A stretch of DNA of 64,000 nucleotides, from NCBI GenBank assembly GCA_002633005.1, contig NMRA01000515.1, forward strand, positions 1-64,000, given 5' to 3'. The position numbers and the translations under genes are program-made. This document shows positions 27,501-39,800 of the stretch, in pieces. The number at the start of each line of letters is the position of its first letter. Within the stretch, counting starts at the first letter, position 1. Source of the DNA: Phoronis australis (lineage: Eukaryota > Animalia > Phoronida). The notes beneath the pieces are model-generated. The model saw nothing but the letters and a program-made list of their open reading frames with translations, was not told the origin of the DNA and ran no database searches.

Positions 27501-27933
27501 AAACACTTAGTTCCACACAACAAACCTGTTATTCAGTGGGGTAACTGGTGGGGATAACATCACCGAACGATGTTGATAGAAACTGATTGCTAAAAACTTA
27601 CCAAGTAATGTTGTGTAGTCTCCGAATGCCGGGAACTGCATAGTCATAGAGCACACACGGGGCTTCAGCATCCACACACTTTTTGTCAGTTAGTTGACCC
27701 TGTTGACCGCAATTGTCCACGAATATAGTAACCTTAGGTCTTTTGGGAATTTGTGTCCACCTGTCGAAGACTTGTACCAAGGAAATTAGCAGTAATATGG
27801 CTTAGCGCGACGACGTATTTTGATAAAAATCCCATCTTTTACCAGTTGTTTACATGCAGACAGCCACGCATGCGCAATTCAATCACCACTAGTACAGCAG
27901 CGACACCGCGAGGAGAATTCTCCGAATAGCCCC
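24508..27933. mobile_element. Decayed ~3.4-kb DNA transposon, probably ISL2EU/Harbinger (PHIS)-like
   Basis: TIRs aat-GGGGCTATTCGG ... CCGAATAGCCCC-att with AT on both sides. A frameshifted SAP-like remnant LRKKGASMRGSKQDLIQR|gtaag lies at ~24640-24692. No intact transposase ORF is visible. Confidence 0.6.
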
Positions 27934-28539
27934 ATTAAACTTTGACTTTTTGGTCACACGATAAAAAGCGTCCGCTGGTAGTTTTTACGGTCAATGTTTC
28001 AACTTATTTTTTGGTCAGTTTGATATTTAGGACAAAATACTGAAAAAGAGATATTCATAATTTGAAGTTTTTGGCAGTTTATTAAAAACCAATCTACTGA
28101 TTATTCATAGATTGTTTATTATACGTTATTTCATAATAAAAAGGTAAACCGGTTGAGCATTCCCATTACAGGGGTCCACAGGCAATCTACTGCCTGCGCT
28201 GATAACTTAACTACTCACGTTTTATTAACAACCCTTCTCTTTTGATTGGGTAACCCGGCTAACACTTCTGATTGATTTGTAAACTAAAATTCGTTATCGA
28301 GAACCAATCAGATGTCTTAACCGGTTGACCTAGCTCATTGTCAGTCAGTGAACCGGCTGAGTAAGTGTAGCTACTATCCAAAATGGGCCTAAAAGTGTTC
28401 ATGGATAATAATAAACCGTTACTGAATCTGCATTTAAATATCAAGCACTGATTGTGTTATAAACAGTAAATTTTTACTATGAGCAGGGATTTTTGAAGCA
28501 TCTAAAAGGCGAGAAGTTAAGCCCCGTAAATTTACAAGA

Positions 28540-28750
28540 CGGTGATTACACCCGAGTGTTTATTTACAACTAGTGTATATTTACGCACGGTGTGTAATAA
28601 ACACTCGGGTGTATAAATACACCACCTCCAGAAGTCGTGTAAATACTCGAGTGTATAATTACACCACCTCCAGAAGACCTGTAATACTCGGGTGTATTAT
28701 TACACCACCTCTAGAGGTCGTGTAAATGTAAAATTACACACATGCAAATA
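28540..28750. repeat. Cluster of short direct and inverted ttacacc/ggtgta motifs (transposon subterminal-type repeats)
   Basis: Repeated tacaccacctccagaag and actcgggtgtat units. Confidence 0.5.
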
Positions 28751-31700
28751 TACATCTGGTGCATGTGAACTCACTAAGTTTAAATTTACACAGAGCTGTA
28801 AAAGTAAGATCACTCCACCAAAAGACCCATTACAAAATTATCTCTGTCGTTCCATACTTAAAGCAACACTGCCACCTCTGTTGCTGTTGCTGCTATTGCT
28901 CTGTTGCTACTGGATGAAACTTCACGGCTTTTTCAAACGAAATTTTTGCAAAAGTTCGTCGTTCGAGTTGAACGCCGAATTTCCAAAAGCCAGCACGTCA
29001 TCAAAAACTAGAACCATGTTGTTGAACGATGTTTGGGACACGATTATTGATATGCCACTTTCATCAGTAATGCTCGCTGCTGGATCGCCGCATTAGGAAA
29101 TCCCAAGATTATCATTCAGGCGATGGCCTTATGAAAATTTCACGAAGTACAAGGTGCAGTAAATCGGACCGAGTTAACAAGGAGTACAGAAGTTTCTGTT
29201 TACTCCAACGAATAACCATGTAGCCGTTGAGTTTCGACGTTATTTGAAGTAAAATGAAAATTTCAAGACGTTTCAGTAATAGATGAACACTTAAATAAAA
29301 GTTCACGTCAACATGTAACTATTTCCATAAAAATCGGGGTTTAATATTTAGTGCGTGATGAGAAACAATTAATTTCACGATTTTAATTGATTGCTAGATA
29401 TAGTTGATGCTCAGGTTTAGTTTCGTTTTAATGGGGATTTGACGATCTGTTCTTTCGCGCAATTTCATAAGTTTAAGTTTATTTCCGGGTAGACAGCTAG
29501 ACTTTTTAGCACTTGCTATTTCCCTCCCTTTTAATAGGGAGCTAAAGACGATTTTTGTCCTGATAGGCTCGTTGGTTGAATATGTGATACATTTACCTAA
29601 ATTCAGACCACTGGACAAAAACAAAAATAGGCCTTTCATGCCACGTCGCATATGTTAGGATTTTTATCGAGTTCTTAGTGCCACGGCGTATAGTTGCAGC
29701 TCGGTCGGCAGGACTAACTGTATGAGCAAGATTCGTGTTTTAATCTACTGCGTGTTCATTACTTATATAGCAATCATGCAAGTGATTGCTGTGACGATGA
29801 AAACACACGACAGTTTTCTGCCCTTGGTATCTGCGGTAAATTGAATTGTTTTAACAATTTTTTTCTAGTCGCTTTAAAAAGCGACTAGAAAAAATTCATA
29901 TTAGCATTCGTCGTAAAAATGGAGGGACGCCCAAGATAAATTTCACACAAGAGTGATCATTTTTCACCACTGAGACGCGGATAAAATCACCAATTCTGCT
30001 AGTGGGTATAAGTTGCCTTTGTCATCAGGGTGGAGTTTTGTTTACTGGACATCCTTTGATTTCCTCTTTGACCTAGTTCGAGGACGGACACGCACTATAG
30101 GTTGCCATTTTCATAAAAATGGCATGGTGAGAGGTACGATAAATAGCATGGTGAGAGGTACGATAAGGAAGCAAAGTGTAATTAAATTTTCTAATGAAGT
30201 TGCTTTGCAACACAGATTTGAGAGGCCGTACAACTAGACTTGTCAAGGTGGCAAGCAAATTTACATGACGGAATCTGATTTCCTTTACACTGAAACTTTT
30301 TTAACTTTGGGGGAACATGTGAAAACACGAATACAAAAACGTGCTTGTCTAGACACCCTATGTTACTAGATGCCGTGCTGTTATTACAAAATTACTTGTG
30401 TATACTTAAAAGGATAAGGCGTATCGTTTCCTCGTTTAGTAGGTGCATTCACGGACAGAATTAATGGCCTGGCAACTTATTACCATATTTACAAAGATTT
30501 TACGCAAAATAGAACCTTACTGAATTTGAATGATATCATGCAGACAGTTTCAGGGAAAGGGCATATGTACTGAATTGAGACATGAGCAAAATATCACATA
30601 TAACATATTCTCCGTCCCAGTCACCACAACTTACTTTTTAAATTTGAGTCATTAACTAAGCGCAAGCACACAAGTAGACCCCTGTATCGAGACGTTTCTG
30701 TCATGTTAATTGGGGAAGGTTTAATGGATATGAAATATTATTTACGCGAGGAATTTCGGCATAAGAAGCAACTACACTCGTGGCAGCATTTATTGAATAA
30801 CGAAACGGAAACAAAATTCATCCTAACCCATATGTTGGTGATGGATTATCAAATAATTATAATAACTACACCACAACTTATCTCACTCTGCTATTGTATT
30901 GTTTTGTCCGGCGCAAATGTGGATAATTCTTTAGTTTTGACATAATTATCCAAAATCACGGTATTCTGGTAATAGTAACTTCAAAACTACATTTGTTTGC
31001 AGTTATACGGGACAGGTTATCGATTTTTCAAATTAGGTTTGGCTATTTTGAAAAGCTGGTTTTATGATTGTATTTTGCTGAGATAGTGGGACGTTTTGAT
31101 CTTAATACTCATTGAGTGTCAATCGGTTAATTAGTGAAAAAGTGAAAAAGTATGAGCGTTTAAAAAATTGGAGGTTTATACTTAAAGCCAATCAAAAGTA
31201 TGTTTTAACATACTTTTGATTGGCTTTAAAAGAGTTAATCTGAGCTCTATCGGGAGCGCAAACCCACCCTACTGTCTATCAAGCATGACATGACAAACAC
31301 TGGGGCGTAACTGTTTTGGCTTTTTACACTGGTTTTGATTATGGTGGTGTTCTCGGCCATTTTCCACAACACAATTAGCAGCTAAAATAAGCACCTCGAT
31401 TTCGTTACTTCTACCACGGTTACGGGCGTTTGACTGGAAGGCAACGTCATAATTACGAGACTGAATTGATGAGAGTAAAGAGCTGGCTAAACACGACGAA
31501 ATGCATCTTTTAAAAGCTGCATTTTGCTGCCTCCTGAGTTGACTAAGAATGAAAATCGAATTAGTCCTTTTACTCTCGTAAAATCAGACTCATAATAATC
31601 TTTACAGTGATAGGATTCTGTTTACAAGAACGTCGAAACCATCTCTACGACTCGAGGAAAAGATGTAGTTTATTGAGGTTGGCCAACCCTAAAATTGATA

Positions 31701-34404
31701 GAAGTGGCGCATGTACGTATTGCCTGTGACTTCAGTTGGTAAGAAGTATAGAAATACTATCACTGAAAGAAATATTATGAAATGGGTTTGATGAGAGTAA
31801 AAAGGCCACTGAGATAAAGAGGGGAAATGCAGTTTTAAGTGTTTGAATAAAAATGTTTTAAAAACTAAATGTGAATCGAATTAACTAATATCAGTGAAAC
31901 ATTCGTGTCGGTTTTAACAGGACATTTAAAATAATCGTTGACTAACGGTACAAGCAAACGGAATTCACAGTGAAAATGTGTGAATGACCGTGAGTAAAAA
32001 GGTAAACGCCATTTTTGTCTTGATCTTACCAAGTACGCAATTTTCTTTAGCGCCATCATGGCTAAGATGCCAGCACATTTAAACGTGTTTTTTAGTCACG
32101 AATGTAAAACGGGTTTTCAACATGTTGGCACTACTACATAACATGCATTTCTTACACTAAGAAAATCAGCAACAATGGAAATATCTCTCTTGCATTGATT
32201 CAGTAGGGTCTGTTTAACTGGCAACATTGTGTAAGATATCAGGAAGTCATTACCTTGCATTGCTCAATCATAACCAATCGATCTTGTGTTATGTAACCTT
32301 AAATTTCTAGAATTCTCTTGTCCACTAAATGTCACACCGGGACGCTTTTCATCACGGTGAGCAGTTAATACAGCAACACTAGACGAATTTTATGATGACA
32401 AGACAACGATTACGAGTTTTTAACGTCCATTTAGGCTGCTGGAGACTGCAATATACTTCAACTTTAATCACTTAGTTTCCAGCTGTCGTCACTGGGCCCA
32501 ATACTGTGTCACAACACATCTTAACACGGATATAAAGTGACGTTCAGTGGCTTCTTACGAGAAAACAAAGGTCGTTACTGAGAAGTACTAAGAAACCGCC
32601 GTCGTGTCATATTGTTAAACGTTATGAGTTGGTGAACAGTACAAGGAGTTAACGTATGTCCATGTTACACACCTGAGATTGTGTTCTTACCGAAATACTT
32701 ACCTTGTTATACATACGCCATATCACATATTCACTGTTCACTTGGGTGTGAGAACTATCATACACAAAAACAGCGACGTCACAAAACATCTTTGTCTGAT
32801 GCGGGTCAAATTTCATATAAATCAAATCAATACTACCACCATGCCATCTTTTGTCACATTCATACTCAACCAGGGTCTTTCCAGTTGAATCAATATATAT
32901 TCGTACACTATTACAACGATAAAAACAATGGGATGGAACCCTCTCAACAATAAATTCGCCTATCTGTGCACCATACAAATAACTAGCTGTAGCATAGCTA
33001 TAAAAGTGAGCAAGACGCCGCTTCAAGAAGAATGACCCGAATAAAATTGCTTATTCAAACGGCTTCGTCTATAAGTCGTCGCAGATTTCTACATGTTCTA
33101 CTGAGTTTCACGTTTTTATTTGATTTCAATAGTAAACGAGTACTGTATTTATTCTAGCGCCAATCTCTTTCCGCCTGCGGTCAGTAACATGCACTTATAG
33201 AAAAAGTAAACATTGCTAATTAGTATACTTTGATAGCAGTCCTTCATTCAAGCTCGTTGTGTGGAAAATCTTACAAGGTGCAAAGTGTACAATCTTAAGT
33301 TCGTTGGAGAAGACATAATGAATACTTGTGATCGGGGGTTTAATGCAACAAACTCAAGATTGCACAGAGTACATTTTGTTAGATTTTCAACATTTGATCT
33401 TGTTAAGATTTTAACAAACATTTTCAGAAGCGTAGTTTAATGTCCGCACCACAGACACAAATTTTGGTTTAACTCGGTGCATTAAAATACTCGGCTTATA
33501 ATTGCTGTCTAATAATAGGCTTCTTTTTATAGCAACTAAATTCGGTGACCTAAAAACTCACTGACCCTCCCTTATTGTGGGCAGTGACCTTGAAACTTTC
33601 AATTCTTATTCGTCGGGTTTACTGAATTATTTAACATCTGTTTGACAAGTATGCGTATTAAGCTACATACGTACAAAACTAGAGATTTTAACTTAGGAAA
33701 AGAATATATTTTCTGAACGTAGAACACCTGTAGAATTTAATTTTCTATTAATTTGACACTCTAGTTGGAACTCTTTAGTAAAATTCTGAGAAAAACAGAA
33801 AGGTATATTAACGAAAAAACAACGGTATCAATGACTTGATCAAACGTTACTTGATATATATGCTCAAAATAAAGTCTTAAAAACCTTGTTACAGTTTTCT
33901 AAAATATCATGTCGTTTTCATGGAGTCATAAAAGTTATACTTTTGATGTCCACTTATACGAAAGAGGAAACTTATGTGAAGAGTTTTGGATTTACAGTGG
34001 CGGCTGCAATGTTACACGAGAAAGTGATGCAAATATTAGTCTATTAATTTGAAAAAATTCCACTTGAAACGCATATACATAGCAAACTACGAACATACCC
34101 ACTAGATTACTTGGTAGAGTAATACTTGCTACCTGGAACATCCACTTCTTTGTAAGTGTAAAACGATTGTCTGACGCATCACGTCAAGACACTCGCGAGA
34201 CACCTGGTGTGCGTAATCTTTGTTTGTGGAACGGAAACGAATTCCATCCTATAAGCCAATAATCCCAACCAATCACTTCAGCGGCCGCCATTTGCTAGTA
34301 AAAGGTGAATTCACTAGAAACCTTAAATCAGTTTTGCTAGTTCATCTGTGACATAAGAAAACCACACCTCCCAAGTGTTACAGACACGACTGCAGAAAAC
34401 TTTA

Positions 34405-35794
34405 CCGGGGTTTTCCGTAGATAAGCCCACCCGATGAAACGCCCATGTGCGTTTATTCGGAAAATTATGCCGAATATACGCCCATGGGCTTTTTATTTGG
34501 TTTGCAACTTTTCGTCAAGTGTCCAGATAGTGGTGCGTTTATTTGGAAAATTTCCTTTTAAAAGCCCACTTAGCGTCAACTTTTAGTCACAAAGTCAGTT
34601 TTGTGAAGCATTTATCAATTATAAAAACGAATGAAGTGTTGCCGAACTATGCATTTATTGCTATAAAATTCTTAAAACTTTTTTAAATAAAAAATCAGCC
34701 ACGAAACCTCTTAATCTACGTGTATTCAGCCGGTCCATGTCAATGTTTTCATCCAGCTCCTCCGAATTTCTTTCCAACTCCGAGTCTCTGAAGGGATCCC
34801 GCGACTTGCCATCCATCTCTTGGATACCCGCGTTGTATCCCATGTGTTCGCGAATTCGGGGTTGACTAATACGGTACGGACCATTTGCCCATCAACATTC
34901 GAATGCTATGATGTCTTGCGGGATTTTCCGCACGCCTGAAGATACAGTCCAGAAATTTCTCGTAGCCGGATGGGGGGGGGGGCTGCGATATCCTGTCGAG
35001 GTATATTCTTTCTCGCCGCCGCTTTCAAGCCAATACTGATACACGGGTGAGAAAAAACATGACCGCCGGACCCAAAACATGACCGCCAGACCTCCAGATC
35101 GGACCAAATCACCTATAAACAGCATCTACGGGATCAAATGGGACCGCCGCACCAAAAATGGGACAGATGCACCTAAAGACATAACCGCTCCACCACAAAA
35201 CAAGATCGCCGGAGACTAAACGTGACCGCCGGACAAAATGAAAATTATCAATGCCTTTAAGTGATACCGCGGGTTATGACGTAACCGGCCAGCTAGATGC
35301 ATGAAGACTGTCGTCAAAATAACCTTGGTAGCAATGTGTGTTGAACTCCGTTAGACTCCGAAATTTCACACGCTTAAAGTTCTTATTTTTTCACAATACG
35401 TGGTGAGAGTATTCAAGCCGAAGTTCATAAATTTTCTACTGAGCGTCCTTGGGTGCTATCAACTTTGCCACAAGGAGGTCTAGAAGTGTCATGCACATTA
35501 ATTTTCTTGTCCCGCTGGGCAGATATTGCAAAAAATGATAAGTTGCTACACAATTAACTTTGTAAACAGGTATCAACAGTACTTTTAAGGACTACCAATC
35601 CACCCAGAAGGGCTGTTTCACTTACAAAAATACATATCACGCATCATGCTGGTATTTAGGTAGCCAAAATTGACTTTCCGTTTACACACCCCTTTTCCGA
35701 ATAAACGCCCGGGTGTTTCTTGGTGTTACTAAAATGCCTGAAAATTTTCACTTTCCGAAAACACGCCCAGGGGCTTATCTACGGAAAACCCCGG
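34405..35794. mobile_element. 1.4-kb non-autonomous TIR element (Tc1/mariner/pogo-like ends)
   Basis: TA-CCGGGGTTTTCCGTAGATAAGCCC ... GGGCTTATCTACGGAAAACCCCGG forms a 24-bp perfect TIR. Subterminal ccgaataaacgccc repeats and internal catgaccgccgg repeats are present. Confidence 0.8.
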
Positions 35795-36889
35795 AACAAG
35801 ACTTTTGTCTAACAAGTTGAATACTACAATTGTATGCAAATATTTCATAAAACTAGAAGACATCAAATTTTATTAGATTCACAAGAAACCTAAAATGTAT
35901 AATTGTCATAGCTTTCATATTGAGCTTTGTATTTGTAATTGTTTGTGTGCATATGTATATACCCTGTGATAGGGGCTGGAGCATAGACTTAGTATTAAGA
36001 TGTCTATGGACTGGAGGGTTCGTTACTCGAAATAAGCGATTCAGACTACAAAGGCTCAAGCATACTCGTGAAACATTCCCCTTTCAATATTGCGATTTTG
36101 CGTTATCTTGTTTTTTCGCCTATCGAACGCTCCTTGATCAGTGCCTACTTGCCCTATAAATGTAGCTAAGCCCTGAAAAAAGTTCATTAAATTTTAAAAA
36201 GGCAAATAAATAATGCAAGCCAAGTTTGTTGTTGAGTACTAAAATACTTGCAAGTATCCATGGAGTTTGGCATTATATCTGAGTCTGGTATTATATCGGA
36301 GTTTCTTCTTGAATTGTTAAAGAGTAAAACTGTTCCACAGCCAAGGTTATAAAAGAAAAAATAGCACTTTATTTCACAATTTATTATCATATACTGTATA
36401 CACACGAATACAATATCTTACAAAACACAGTTGCAATCAAAATATGACAGGACTCAATCATGTGACTACTGTCTTCTTTACATCACAAAACGTGTTACTG
36501 AGAGAAGTCTGCAATATTGCAGCCTCTTACTTTAAGCTGAGCACTATCATTTCACATCTTCGACAATCAAGCAACAGTTTAGTATATAACACATGGCTGC
36601 TAACTAGAAGAGAGCATTTAGTTACAAATGCTTCCCTATTTTAGAAGACCAACACAGGGGCATTATGGGAGAACAACACTTCCCTACAGTTGACCATCAA
36701 TACTGCGCTTCAACAGCTTCTCGAGCAGACGACGTTACACTTTAGAACTCAGCCTCAACAACACAGGCATCATTCGCAAATGACACACACTTTGCCAGAG
36801 CCAGAGTAACTCCAATTTTCTTCTTACTACCTAGCCAGGCTTCCATAAAGATATAACTTAATTCACCAGTATTTACAGTTAAACCCACA

Positions 36890-39800
36890 TCAGTTAGTAG
36901 CCGCTCTTTTCTCAGACTTCTCGTGAAATTCTTTCATTCGCTCCTCAAGTTCAGGCCTGAAGTGTCTTATAAGACCCTGCAACAAAAACACATTGTAATA
37001 ATCAACCATAAGTTATCAACATCGTTTAAATCAACTTTCACGCCCTTGTCTGTATATTCATCCTGCTAGGTAAGCAAAACGAATCAGAACAATAACAACA
37101 GTCAGTGGAATACTAGAACATACAATGCCCTTTGGATAATACATTTATGAAGCAATTTCAAAATTTACCACAGAATGGAATGCTAGTTATTGTCCCAATT
37201 CACCATGAATGCCATGGACCATACAATTTGCAGGTATATTAGACAAAACTGTGACATTTACCTGAACAGGCCAGGCAGCACCATCACCCAAGGCACATAT
37301 AGTGTGACCTTCAATCTGTTTGCTTAATTCATATAGCATGTCTATTTCTTCTGGACGGGCATTACCCTCCACTGTAACAATAATGAGTGTGTAACTACAA
37401 CCAGCATTGTGCAACAATAATGAGCGTGTAATTACAGAAAGCAGTGTGAAACCATGTCGTACTGAAATGCCCCGAGAACATGTTTTAGGCACAAAAGTAC
37501 TTCATCAAAGAAATCTTGGTAAAACAATATTTAGGGTAAAATCAAGCCACCTAGAAACGACTTCATGAATGTTTATTTAAATTCAAATTTGAAAGCATAA
37601 TTTAGTTAGACAGAATCTGTGTATAATTACTTAAAAAGAGACATATCTAAAAGCTAACTGAAACATGACAGCTGAAGAAAAACCGAGCACCATACTTTTT
37701 ATTATTAGAAACTGCTTACCTTCAACTTGGTGTGAGGACCATAAAGCAATACTTAAGATGATAGGCTACCTTCACCACCAAGGACAAAATTTCTTGAATT
37801 AATCTTCTAAGTATTAATAGCAGACCATAATTTCCATTTTTAAAGAATGTTAATGTCTTCATTTTTGACAGTGGAATACTCTGGTTCAAAAGCCTAAAAC
37901 AAAATCCCATTCAGGCTTTTGTGGCTTGCAGAATGAAGCAACAGAGAAAATCATGTTTGTGAATACTTATGGAATATTGGTGCAACTCAAGATTTTTCTA
38001 GAAATAATGCATACACTTGCTTATGGATATCTGGGCATTATTTCAGTACATATGATTCTGTGATCAACAAAGATTTTAAAAATATAGTTTTATGGGTCTA
38101 CCACTAACAATTAAAAACATTTAAGCAATTCAATCATTAGTAATGCAGGTAGCCTGTTACCTTAAGATTTTTTCAAAACATTAAAAATAGCAGAATATTA
38201 AAGCCACATACAAAAATAATTAGATCAAGCCAAAATTGGAAACTTTAAGCTAGAATAATCAGGTTTGAAGTAACAAATTAAGCAGTGGAAGCAATTGATG
38301 AACTCCAATTGAGCTACTGGACAGTTATGAAAAACCAGGTAAATATTACAATATCTGAATGATAATCAGAAAGACTTTCAGATTTTCAAAGATGGCACTA
38401 TGTGTGGCTTTACATGGAGAATGCATCTTTCATAGAATTTTGACAAAATACTGACGAAAGCAGTTAAGACATCTCATAGTTTCTACTAGAACACACATAT
38501 CCTTTGGACACTATCAATCTATTGCTCACTTCAAAAACACTAAAAATGCTCACCAAATCTGTTCATTATCTTATTCATCCAACCTGTGCCTTCTCTGCAG
38601 GGGGTGCACTACAACAAATAATTCACCGATAAAGAAATCCCCTTTCGCAAGAAAAGTTTAACAAAAATATAAGGATATGAGTATACAATGACTGCAAATC
38701 TATGGTGCATGTTGTGAGAAATGAGTTACTAGAAAACAAGTGATCGGCCAATGATTATAAAGCCTGTCAACTATACAAGTAAGAAAGAGTGACTCGTTAA
38801 AATTCTGAACACCCACACAGTGAAGTCACCTCTTCAGTATGATCCATACACAGTTACACAAACCCTGGTATAAGCCACCCACAAGGCTACACATTGCACA
38901 TCACATACACAGTTACACAAACACTGGTATAAGCCACCCACAAGGCTACACATTGCACATCACATATACAGTTACACAAACCCTGGTATAAGCCACCCAC
39001 AAGGCTACACATTGCACATCACATACACAGTTACACAAACCTTGGTATAAGCCACCCACAAGGCTACACATTGCACATCACATAAACAGTTACACAAACA
39101 CTGGTATAAGCCACCCACAAGGCTACAAATTGCACATCACATCCCTACCTGTCCACAACTCTCATGTCGGTAGAAGTGGATGAGGCGAGCTATACACTTG
39201 ATCATGTCTGCCTGCTTATTCATCACAATCACTGCTGCTGTACCCAGACCAGACTGGACTTCCACAAGGGCATCAAAGTCCATCAGCACAGTGTCACATA
39301 TACTGGCAACAGATAGAGAGGTCAAGTCAGAAGAGACATCATGTGACTTGTCCGGAAGTTATATGGGGAGAGTAAAGAAGACCAAGATGTTTACTTGAAA
39401 TTTAAATACAACTACACTTAGTTGGCATCAGCAGAGAGGTTTAGATTGAAATGAATTTTTTTAGAAAAAGTCAGCAAGTGTAATGTTTTGACCTTTTACT
39501 TCTTTTATTTACATCTATCCAGTCTGCCAAGTGTTTGTACTCCTTCACCTTTTGGGTATGACAGGCACCGACGAGCCCCCAGGTATAATGCCCTGCAGGT
39601 TATCCCAGCCACCTATAACTCCGCCAGCATGCCTCTCGATAAGTTCCTTCAGTGGAATTGACATCTCTTCCTCCACCGTGCAAGGATTATTCACGTGACC
39701 AGAGATGTTAAATAGCTAGAAACATGGAAGGAAATAAATGGTCAAGTCTTAACAAACATCAAACTGCAATGTCACTGACTCTTGAAGCTGACTTACTTTT

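Noticed and set aside
28692-29306. ORFs with a poly-Leu (CTG/TTG) tract
   Set aside because: Low-complexity sequence next to transposon-type subrepeats; no supportable homology.
38846-39141. CRISPR-like array (also considered for the 50-, 45- and 66-bp repeats and the HINE monomers)
   Set aside because: Units are head-to-tail with no unique spacers, there are no cas genes, and the context is a eukaryotic intron.
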